Below, in pieces: positions 55,410 through 63,368 of a DNA stretch of 64,000 bases. Below the pieces are notes generated by a model that made no database searches, was not told the origin of the DNA, and saw nothing but the letters and a program-made list of their open reading frames with translations. Position 1 is the first letter of the stretch; each line of letters opens with the position of its first letter. The position numbers and the translations under genes were made by a program. Origin of the DNA: an uncultured bacterium (GTDB lineage Bacteria > Patescibacteriota > Microgenomatia > UBA1400 > PJMF01); NCBI GenBank assembly GCA_903842795.1, contig CAIMNJ010000011.1, positions 3,166 to 67,165 of the forward strand, read 5' to 3'.

Positions 55410-56199
55410 AAAATATAACGAACGCGTCGATAAAGTTAATTCGCTATTGTGTGTTGGATTGGATGCTGATTTTTCACAAATTCCAGCTCGTTTTCAAAAA
55501 TTAGAGCATCCTCAATTCACCTTTAATAAGTGGGTTATCGAGCAAACTCATCAACATGTGAGTGCCTATAAACCGAACTCGGCTTTCTATGAAGCTAGGG
55601 GAGAAAATGGTTGGCAAGATTTATCATTAACAGTGCAGTATTTAAGAGAAAATCACCCAGAAATTGCAATTATTCTCGATGCTAAGCGTGCCGACATCGG
55701 CAACACTAATCAGGGGTATGTTGGTGCTTTTTTTGATCAGCTTGGAGTAGATGCTGTGACGCTACATCCATATTTAGGTCAGCAAGCCCTGCAGCCTTTT
55801 TTGGACAGAGTAGATAAAGGTTTGATTATCTTATGTAAAACTTCCAATCCTAACTCTGGCGAATTTCAAGATCTTGAAACCACTGCTGGCAAAAAACTTT
55901 GGCAAATAATAGCAACGCAGGTTGCAGAGAAATGGAACATTAATAATAATTGTTTATTGGTGGTTGGAGCCACCTATCCAGAAGAGATTAAAGAAGTTAG
56001 GAAGCTTGTTGGTGAAATGACCCTGTTGGTGCCGGGAATTGGTGCTCAGGGTGGAGAAGTCAAAGACACTGTTCAGGCTGGTCTCAATTCTGACCAAAAA
56101 GGCTTGATTATTAATTCGGCGCGAGGAATTATTTTTGCAGAAAATCCGTCCTTAGAAGCGCAAAAACTACGAGACGAAATTAATCTATACAGGAAATGA
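55390..56199 (+). CDS. pyrF: Orotidine-5'-phosphate decarboxylase
   Basis: LCVGLD, YKPN, DAKRADIGNT, KTSNP, VVGAT, PGIGAQGG. Confidence 0.96.
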   Translation: MAMTFLEKYNERVDKVNSLLCVGLDADFSQIPARFQKLEHPQFTFNKWVIEQTHQHVSAYKPNSAFYEARGENGWQDLSLTVQYLRENHPEIAIILDAKRADIGNTNQGYVGAFFDQLGVDAVTLHPYLGQQALQPFLDRVDKGLIILCKTSNPNSGEFQDLETTAGKKLWQIIATQVAEKWNINNNCLLVVGATYPEEIKEVRKLVGEMTLLVPGIGAQGGEVKDTVQAGLNSDQKGLIINSARGIIFAENPSLEAQKLRDEINLYRK

Positions 56200-56208
56200 T
56201 TTTTTGAT

Positions 56209-56415
56209 CTAAGCAGCTTTTTTCTCTGGCTGGTGAATGTAAAAAGTTTGATCTGCATCCACATCAGGTATGATGACTTTTATAGCATCTGAACCAGTGT
56301 GTTCTACGACGATTGCCTCCAATGGTTTTTGAGCGATCATGGCGTCATCATCTTCATGGCGACTAGTATTAATCATTGTCCCTGGTTCAATGGTGATTTT
56401 TGGTGCTTCTACCAT
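56209..56415 (-). CDS. Small hypothetical protein
   Basis: 68-aa ORF in the gap, TATAAT 10 nt upstream. Confidence 0.55.
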   Translation of the reverse strand: MVEAPKITIEPGTMINTSRHEDDDAMIAQKPLEAIVVEHTGSDAIKVIIPDVDADQTFYIHQPEKKAA

Positions 56416-56599
56416 AATAAGATGTATTATACTCTTTTTGACTTTTAGCTACTTTTTTGCTAAGCTATTTCGTAGATGAGATTAACGATCACACAATTAG
56501 ACATAAGCTAATTGAGGGTCGTTTTTTTTGTATCTAGCTCTTTCTAACTAATATTAATTACGGCTTTCATGCTAAGCATGGGAGTTGAAAGGAGAAATT

Positions 56600-56947
56600 A
56601 TGACAAATGTCATCGTTCAAGCCAAAAGTCTCAAGGTGACCAGGGCTCTTCGCGAATTTATCCAAAGACAAAGCCGAAAACTTAATAAATTGAAAGATCT
56701 TAAAGTTACTAAAGTGACTGTTTATTTAGAGCAGGACACTAAAAAATCCACCAACAGTAAAAAAGTCAGTGTCAAATATAGCATTGAAGTGCCAGGCAAG
56801 GCTCTGTGGGTGGAAATCAATGGTTACGACTTTTACGATGCTATTGTTGATGCTACCAATGCGGCTTTGCGCAAAATGCGTCAAACCAAAGAAAAAAAAA
56901 CTGACCACAGACATTTTGTTAGGCATCAAGAGCTAGGTTTGGCTTAA
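56600..56947 (+). CDS. hpf: Ribosome hibernation factor HPF/RaiA (short form)
   Basis: VTRALREFI..KL.K, DFYDAIVDA...LRKMRQTKEK; SD AAAGGAG. Confidence 0.85.
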   Translation: MTNVIVQAKSLKVTRALREFIQRQSRKLNKLKDLKVTKVTVYLEQDTKKSTNSKKVSVKYSIEVPGKALWVEINGYDFYDAIVDATNAALRKMRQTKEKKTDHRHFVRHQELGLA

Positions 56948-57008
56948 TTTAGCTTTGGGCAATTGTAAAGTCTTGCGCTTGTAGAGTTTTTTCTGTTACC
57001 ATGACTAC

Positions 57009-57392
57009 ATGGCAGATAATCAAGATCCATTAGCAGCATTGCAACAGTTGCTTGATGATCAAAAGAAACAGGGTGGGTTGGCTGATTTGCCAGCTGTTGG
57101 TGCGGATGGAGTTGCCTCAAGCAGCTCTGGTGAAGCGCCAGTTGCTCCTGCGGATCCTCCAGTGCCAGCTGGTCCTACAGCAGAAGAAATTGCTGCTTTG
57201 CAAAAAGAAAAAGAAGCTGAAGATCAACTCAAGATTGAGGAACAGCTTGGTAGAATGAATACTGAACTAAAGGATACACCTCAATATCAAGCGCGAATGA
57301 CTCAAAAAGCGGCTAATGACTCTTTAAATGAACAAAAACAGCTGGAAGAAAGAAGCAGACGTATTTTTCAAATAAAGCATCTCGATCCATAA
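57009..57392 (+). CDS. Low-complexity hypothetical protein
   Basis: 127 aa, P/A-rich then coiled coil; TACCAT 6 nt before the ATG. Confidence 0.7.
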   Translation: MADNQDPLAALQQLLDDQKKQGGLADLPAVGADGVASSSSGEAPVAPADPPVPAGPTAEEIAALQKEKEAEDQLKIEEQLGRMNTELKDTPQYQARMTQKAANDSLNEQKQLEERSRRIFQIKHLDP

Positions 57393-57409
57393 GTTAGATA
57401 AGGATTTTT

Positions 57410-58075
57410 ATGTCAGGTTTCGGTAGTTTCGGTGGAGGAGCTAAGTCTCAAGCTAGACCAGGGGGAGGTTTTCGTCAAACTTTTGGTTCTTTTACTGATG
57501 AGCATGAAAATGCTAATGCTAATTCATCTGCAGCTGCGCAAAAGCAGTTGTCACAGCAGGCTTCAGTGTTAGGTCAGCAGGGTTTGGCCAAACAACAAGC
57601 AGCTTCAGCTGGAGCAAATCAAACTCCTCTAGCTTCACATGATTCTTCCAATCAAGTTTCAGAACCAAGGACAGTTTCCAATCTAAGTGAAGAGTTGATA
57701 GCTAGACCAGCTAAGGATATTTTTAATACTTTTAAGTCATTCTTTGACCTCAATGCTTTATTGGGCATAAATCCAGGAGATACTCCTGAAAAAAAAGCCA
57801 AAAAACAAAAAATTGCGCAGAATTGGCAAAAATTGACTGGCGAAGAACAAACTTACGTGCAACAAAAGTACCAAGAAGAAATGCAGAAAAAGCAAAGAGA
57901 GCAACAGGAAGAGCAACAGAAAAAAGAGGAAGAGGCTCGTCAGGCAGAGGAGCAGAGTATTGCACCACCAAGCAGTCCCAAAAAAGGCCCAGCAGACCCA
58001 AGCGGTAGTAAAAAAGCTCAAACTACCCAACTAATGCAAAATAAGCGTACACAAATGAGCCAAGCCGATGGCTAA
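57410..58075 (+). CDS. Q/G/K-rich hypothetical protein
   Basis: 221 aa, AAGGA SD, disordered plus coiled-coil segments. Confidence 0.7.
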   Translation: MSGFGSFGGGAKSQARPGGGFRQTFGSFTDEHENANANSSAAAQKQLSQQASVLGQQGLAKQQAASAGANQTPLASHDSSNQVSEPRTVSNLSEELIARPAKDIFNTFKSFFDLNALLGINPGDTPEKKAKKQKIAQNWQKLTGEEQTYVQQKYQEEMQKKQREQQEEQQKKEEEARQAEEQSIAPPSSPKKGPADPSGSKKAQTTQLMQNKRTQMSQADG

Positions 58076-58118
58076 ATTGGCTAGCTAAACCCAGTTTCTC
58101 AAGTTACAATAAGGCAAG

Positions 58119-59591
58119 ATGAAACTTTATAACACGCTCTCCAAAAAAGTCGAAGATTTTAAGCCAATTCATGCTGATTCCAATCAAGTTAATATGTATG
58201 CCTGCGGTGTGACTGTTTACGATTACACGCACATTGGTCATTTACGAAAATACGTAATGGATGACATTTTAGTGCGTGTTTTGCGTCATGCTGGTTATGA
58301 CGTGAGGCATGTGCAAAATGTAACTGATGTGGGACATTTGGTTTCTGATGATGATGAGGGCGAAGACAAGATGGAAAAGGGTGCGCGTAAATATGGCCAG
58401 AGTGCCTGGGATGTGGCAAAAAAGTTTGAAGATTATTTTTTCTACAGCATGGATTTAATGGGAGTTTTACGTCCCACCTTGAGCTGCAGAGCTACTGAGC
58501 ACATTCAAAGCCAATTGGAGATGGTCTTAGATTTAGAGAAAAAAGGTTATACATATGTGATAGAGGGCGATGGTGTTTATTTCGATACCTCCAAGTTGGA
58601 AACTTATGGCGAATTAAGCGGTCATGATCCTCGTAAAGCTCATCGTGAAACTCGCCTCGGTGAAATTGAAGGGAAGAAAAATCCGAGTGATTTCGCCTTG
58701 TGGAAATTTGAAAAACCAGGTGAGAGTCGTCAGATGGTTTGGCCAAGTCCTTGGCATCCACGTAGTTTTCCGGGTTGGCACATTGAATGTAGTGCTATGA
58801 GTATTGAGCATCTTAGCCCACAATTAGACATCCACACAGGAGGAATTGATCATGTAGCAGTGCATCATGCTAATGAAATTGCTCAATCAGAAGCATTTAC
58901 TGGCAAAAAACCATTTGCAAAATTCTGGGTGCACCATAATTTTTTGCGAGTTGATGGTGAAAAAATGAGCAAATCTCTTGGTAATTTCTATACCATTGAT
59001 GACATTTTGCAGAAAGGTTTTAAGCCAGCTGCCTTGCGCTTGTTGTTTTTGAGTAGTCATTATCGTAGTGAACAGAATTTCACCATACAAAGTTTAGAGG
59101 CGAGCCAAATTGCTTGGTACAAGTTATTGCAATCTTATTTAATTATCAAGCAAAAACACGAAAATGAATCAAAAAATAGTTCATCATCTCAGCTAGCAGA
59201 GCAAGATGACAGCGAAATGAAAAAGCTTGATCGTGAATTTTTCTCCTTGGTTGAAAATGACCTTAATACTCCAGAAGCTTTGGCAGTTTTATGGAAAGTT
59301 CTCAAAAGCGATTTGAGTGATACGCAGAAATATCGCTTGTTGCTGGAATTTGATCGTGTGCTTGGCTTAGGTCTGGTTTCTATGACAGAAAATGATTTGC
59401 CAGCTGTTGCTGCAAAAGAATTGGCTGTAGTAAATTTACCAATTGATTTGCAGACACTTTTTGCAGAAAGAGAAACCGCTCGCTCAAATAAAGATTTTGC
59501 TAAATCTGATGAAATTCGTTTAATTTTTGAAAAAGCTGGTTATCAGCTGGTTGATAAAGCGAATCAGACTGTTATTAAACAGTTAAATTAG
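58119..59591 (+). CDS. cysS: Cysteinyl-tRNA synthetase
   Basis: CGVTVYDYTHIGH, DFALWK, PGWHIECS, KMSKS. Confidence 0.98.
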   Translation: MKLYNTLSKKVEDFKPIHADSNQVNMYACGVTVYDYTHIGHLRKYVMDDILVRVLRHAGYDVRHVQNVTDVGHLVSDDDEGEDKMEKGARKYGQSAWDVAKKFEDYFFYSMDLMGVLRPTLSCRATEHIQSQLEMVLDLEKKGYTYVIEGDGVYFDTSKLETYGELSGHDPRKAHRETRLGEIEGKKNPSDFALWKFEKPGESRQMVWPSPWHPRSFPGWHIECSAMSIEHLSPQLDIHTGGIDHVAVHHANEIAQSEAFTGKKPFAKFWVHHNFLRVDGEKMSKSLGNFYTIDDILQKGFKPAALRLLFLSSHYRSEQNFTIQSLEASQIAWYKLLQSYLIIKQKHENESKNSSSSQLAEQDDSEMKKLDREFFSLVENDLNTPEALAVLWKVLKSDLSDTQKYRLLLEFDRVLGLGLVSMTENDLPAVAAKELAVVNLPIDLQTLFAERETARSNKDFAKSDEIRLIFEKAGYQLVDKANQTVIKQLN

Positions 59592-60257
59592 TAATTCAGC
59601 GAAATGTTCTTTGATGGAGAAGAAACCATTTTTGGTGATGATGATGTGATCCAACAATTTAACTCCCAATAAATCAGAGATTTTGGCAATTTTTTCTGTT
59701 AGGGCGAGATCCTCATTTGATGGATGGCAATTTCCAGATGGATGATTATGTACCAAGATGAAACTGCCAGCTCCTAAAGAAAAAGCAGGCTCAAAAATAT
59801 CTCTCGGTTCCAAATAATTATAATTTAAACCGCCAATGGCAATAGTTTTCTTGCTCAGGAGCTCCTGCCGACCATTGAGGTAGAAGGCCAAACAATACTC
59901 CTGTTTTTTGTGCATAAGTTCCCTTGAGAGCTGAAATATTTTGACAGGTTGATCAATTTGAGTTTGTTTGTTTTGAGCGGCTAAGCGCTTGCCAAATTCT
60001 AAACTAGCCAGAATTCTTATGGCCAAAATTTCACCAATACCACTGATCTTTACAAGATCCTTAATGGAATTGGTTTTTTTCTCAATTTCTTTACCAGCTT
60101 TTTTGGCTAATTCCAAAGCATTGCAATTTTTTTGGCCGCTACCAATAATCAGAGCCAGTAATTCATTATTGTTTAAAAATTGAAATCCGTGTTTTTTTGC
60201 TTTTTCTCTTGGTCTGTAACGAGTAGCCAAGCATTTAATTGCGCGCTTTTCATTCAT
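59583..60257 (-). CDS. radC: RadC/JAB-domain protein
   Basis: RPREK, ELLA, GIG, HNHPSG...S.ED, LLDHII. Confidence 0.93.
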   Translation of the reverse strand: MNEKRAIKCLATRYRPREKAKKHGFQFLNNNELLALIIGSGQKNCNALELAKKAGKEIEKKTNSIKDLVKISGIGEILAIRILASLEFGKRLAAQNKQTQIDQPVKIFQLSRELMHKKQEYCLAFYLNGRQELLSKKTIAIGGLNYNYLEPRDIFEPAFSLGAGSFILVHNHPSGNCHPSNEDLALTEKIAKISDLLGVKLLDHIIITKNGFFSIKEHFAELLI

Positions 60258-60308
60258 TCAAAATAATCTTAGCAATGCAAGTTTGCAACAAGGTTGCAAA
60301 CTTATAAC

Positions 60309-61466
60309 TTATTGCTGATCTTCAGATTTTCTAAGTGCTTCAATTACTTGAACGTAGGTACGTAAATTGTGCAAGCTTGCCAAACGAAAAGCACTACCAT
60401 CTCCAATTTTGAAAAGATGATGTAGATAAGCTTTACTTACTTGAGGAATATTTGCAGTTTTCTTGCAGATTGGACAATCACAAAAATCACTTACTGCTGT
60501 TTTATCGGTGGCAAATTTTCCTTTACCAATATAAATATAATCAAAAATTTCTCCAAGTTTGTTTTCTTTAACTAACTCATGAAGCTTTTTGCGATCTAAA
60601 GTTTTTGGATTTACTTTAAAAGTATATAGTCTTTGATGTCTAGCATCTCTTGTTGGCAAAACGCAGTCAAAAAACTGGTAACCCATAAAGAAAAGCTTGA
60701 CAATGTTTTCAGGAGTGCCAACGCCAAGAGCAAAGCGATAGCTGTCTTTTGCTGTTAATTCAGCATTTTTTTCACAAAAAGAGTAATCAAATTTGCCATC
60801 TTTTTGGAATGGCCACCCACCCAAACCATAGAGATCGAAACCAATTTTTTGTAGCTCCACAGCGCAAAAATTGCGCCATTCTACACTGTCATGACCTTGA
60901 ATGGGAGCAAGTAATAATGGGCGATTATCTGCTGTAAAACCATGTTTTTTGAGCAATCGATTGAATTCTGCTTTAGCTCTTTTGGCCCAAGCAATTGTTC
61001 TTTTCACGCTTTCTTCAGTACGTTTTTCATTGGCTTCAGGTGGAGTGAAGTCATCTAGACAAATCATCACATCACTGCCAAGAGCAAATTGCATGCGAAT
61101 GGAATCTTCTGGAGTAAAAAGCGTTTTTTTCTGCTTTTTGGCTCCATTGTAAAGAACAATTCCTTCATCAGTAATCTTGCCAAGATTTGGATTTTTACGA
61201 ATCAAAGAAAATAATTGAAAACCGCCAGAATCTGAAGATACAAATCCTGTCCAATTCATCATTTTTTTAATGCCACCCACACTTTTAAGAATTTCTTCTC
61301 CTGGTTTTTGAATTAGGTGATAGGTGTTCACCATCACACCCTCTAGACCAACATTTGCTAGATCTAGGCTATCTAAATTTCGAGCTACTCCAAGAGTGGC
61401 GTCTGGCAAATAGATGGGTAGACGATATGTTTTATTTTTGATCTTAATATCTTTAATTTCTTGCAC
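60309..61466 (-). CDS. tgt: tRNA-guanine transglycosylase
   Basis: NTYHL, DSGGFQ, QG, LGVG, FDCVLPTR.AR, CDCPIC...HN. Confidence 0.92.
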   Translation of the reverse strand: MQEIKDIKIKNKTYRLPIYLPDATLGVARNLDSLDLANVGLEGVMVNTYHLIQKPGEEILKSVGGIKKMMNWTGFVSSDSGGFQLFSLIRKNPNLGKITDEGIVLYNGAKKQKKTLFTPEDSIRMQFALGSDVMICLDDFTPPEANEKRTEESVKRTIAWAKRAKAEFNRLLKKHGFTADNRPLLLAPIQGHDSVEWRNFCAVELQKIGFDLYGLGGWPFQKDGKFDYSFCEKNAELTAKDSYRFALGVGTPENIVKLFFMGYQFFDCVLPTRDARHQRLYTFKVNPKTLDRKKLHELVKENKLGEIFDYIYIGKGKFATDKTAVSDFCDCPICKKTANIPQVSKAYLHHLFKIGDGSAFRLASLHNLRTYVQVIEALRKSEDQQ

Positions 61467-61509
61467 ACTAGTATTATACCTTGAGTATTAGCGCTATAAT
61501 TTGGCAGTT

Positions 61510-62103
61510 ATGTTGCAAAAAATTGATGAAAATAATGAAGTCTTAATTGTTCAAAGAGCTAAGCCTAAATTACAAAGAGGTGGGCAAGCAAAAGAAGTTT
61601 TTGTGGGCAAATTATTCCATGTTTGGCAGTGGCCACAAAAACTCTATGATGGCAGTGAAACAATTTTTGAAGGTCTTTCTAGAGTTGATACTGTAACTGC
61701 TTTAGCTACCACTCCAGATGGTCAAGTTATTATCACTAAACAAAGTCAGCCTGGCTTAGACGAATTTTGGAGCATGCCTGGAGGCCTAATGGATGAAGGG
61801 GAAACTGTTTTGACTGCAGCCAAAAGAGAACTTTTAGAAGAAACTGGCTATTCGAGTCAAGATTGGTATTTTTTGTTTAGCAGTCAGATGAGTGGCAAAA
61901 TTGATTGGGCCAATTTTTATCTGGTGGCCAAAAATTGCTTGCCAACTGCCGTAAGAAAACCAGATCCAGGGGAGAAAATCGAACTTGAATTATTGAGTTT
62001 GGAGCAATTTGAACAATTAACCAAAAGAGAAGATTTCAGGCAAAACGACTTTGCTTTATGGATGTTCAGAAACGAAGTGAATTTGGATGAATTGCTTAGA
62101 TAA
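61510..62103 (+). CDS. NUDIX hydrolase (ADP-ribose pyrophosphatase-like)
   Basis: Nudix box GLMDEGETVLTAAKRELLEETGY. Confidence 0.9.
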   Translation: MLQKIDENNEVLIVQRAKPKLQRGGQAKEVFVGKLFHVWQWPQKLYDGSETIFEGLSRVDTVTALATTPDGQVIITKQSQPGLDEFWSMPGGLMDEGETVLTAAKRELLEETGYSSQDWYFLFSSQMSGKIDWANFYLVAKNCLPTAVRKPDPGEKIELELLSLEQFEQLTKREDFRQNDFALWMFRNEVNLDELLR

Positions 62104-62123
62104 TTAGGCAAAAGGCTATTTCA

Positions 62124-62420
62124 CTATCTCCACATGGATGTATCTTCCATCAGATCTTGGCCAATTTCTCTTAGCTCTTGTTCATCTGGCTTGTAGGCTT
62201 TTATGGCATGTTCTAGAACCAAACAAGCAATGGTGGCAGTTTCTGCTCCAGCTTGACCGCGGTATTTGGAGGCCTCTGCAAAGATTTTTTGCATATCTTT
62301 TTTTGTGTCTTTTCCATTAAAGCCATCTTCATCCATAAGTAAATATGCTATAACCTTATCTACATCGAGATTGTATGGTTCCTTTAGAAAGTTGCGTAAT
62401 TTTTGAGAAATTTTTGCCAT
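62124..62420 (-). CDS. Hypothetical protein
   Basis: MAKISQK... start chosen to avoid overlap with pspC. Confidence 0.6.
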   Translation of the reverse strand: MAKISQKLRNFLKEPYNLDVDKVIAYLLMDEDGFNGKDTKKDMQKIFAEASKYRGQAGAETATIACLVLEHAIKAYKPDEQELREIGQDLMEDTSMWR

Positions 62421-62451
62421 ATACTTTCGATTATTGTAAGATAGAGTTATT

Positions 62452-62682
62452 ATGTCAAGTTCAAGCAAAAAATCTGCTCCAAAAGCAAAAAAAACCATCA
62501 AAAAATTAATTAGACCACTTGAAGGACGTAAAGTTGCTGGTGTAGCCGTTGGTTTGGCCAATTACTTTGAAGTTGATGTGACTTTAATCAGAGTACTGAT
62601 GGTTCTAACTTTTATTCCTGGAGGAGCTCCTGGATTATTTATTTATCTACTTTGTTGGCTCTTAATTCCAACAGAAGAATAA
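62452..62682 (+). CDS. pspC: PspC-domain protein
   Basis: L.R...RKVAGVAVGLANYFEVDVTLIR...YLLCWLLIP. Confidence 0.9.
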   Translation: MSSSSKKSAPKAKKTIKKLIRPLEGRKVAGVAVGLANYFEVDVTLIRVLMVLTFIPGGAPGLFIYLLCWLLIPTEE

Positions 62683-62709
62683 TTTTTTAGTAAAACTTCT
62701 GTAAAAAGA

Positions 62710-62740
62710 AAAACTCCTGCCTTTTTTAGGCAGGAGTTTT
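62710..62740. terminator. Bidirectional intrinsic terminator
   Basis: AAAACTCCTGCCT-loop-AGGCAGGAGTTTT. Confidence 0.85.
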
Positions 62741-62760
62741 GTAGTGGAGGGAAGATCCTC

Positions 62761-63048
62761 CTATGGTGTAACAGTCGAAGTGGAAGTGGGAACGGGAGTT
62801 GGCGTAACCTGCAAAGAGGCTTCGTAGTCCGCCTTTGCAGAGATCGCTGTTTCTTGAGCGTTTTTCAGGTTGACCATTGCGTTGAAGTACACGCAGGCCG
62901 CCTGATTGCCCAAAAGACATTTTTCTGCCACCACCTGTTGTTCCGTTGGTCCTTGAGTGCCGCCGCCGCCACATGACGTCAGCAAGAGAGCAAGGATCAC
63001 GACCAAAAAAACTGTTATTACCGGTGCGAAAGCGAATTTCTTTTTCAT
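62761..63048 (-). CDS. Small lipoprotein with P/T-rich tail
   Basis: MKKK, hydrophobic core, LLTSC lipobox; AAGGAGG SD. Confidence 0.75.
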   Translation of the reverse strand: MKKKFAFAPVITVFLVVILALLLTSCGGGGTQGPTEQQVVAEKCLLGNQAACVYFNAMVNLKNAQETAISAKADYEASLQVTPTPVPTSTSTVTP

Positions 63049-63174
63049 CGCTTCCTCCTTCAGCTATCTTTACCGTTGGATTACTGCAATCGCAATGACC
63101 GCAGCGAGGTAAAGCCTCACTACATCATATTATATCACTAGAGGTAAAAATTATTTAAAAAAGACCGCCAATTC

Positions 63175-63203
63175 TGGACAAAATAGACTAAATATGATAT
63201 ATT
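63175..63203 (+). promoter_or_regulatory. Putative sigma70 promoter
   Basis: TGGACA-17 nt-TATATT with TGn extension. Confidence 0.55.
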
Positions 63204-63216
63204 ATAGGATAGTTTT

Positions 63217-63339
63217 GTCCTGTTGCGATGTGGCCGTTGCGGCTGCATTTGGGGACCCACTTGGGTCGTCCTAGCAACGTGGACGATCTTTAACAACCTT
63301 AATTAGACGAAAGCTTCAATGCCTGACAGGACATTGAAG
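63217..63339 (+). ncRNA. Structured leader RNA with boxA-like element
   Basis: Three-way junction 63217-63284, GATCTTTAACAA 63285-63296, hairpin 63314-63339. Confidence 0.55.
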
Positions 63340-63368
63340 AGATTAGAAAACTATGAGAGGAGACCAAC

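Noticed and set aside
422-62974. Many short ORFs antisense to or nested in recognised genes (e.g. 1539..2078, 8250..8570, 11439..11888, 16238..16576, 62726..62974)
   Set aside because: Shadow ORFs of well-supported CDSs with no independent signals.
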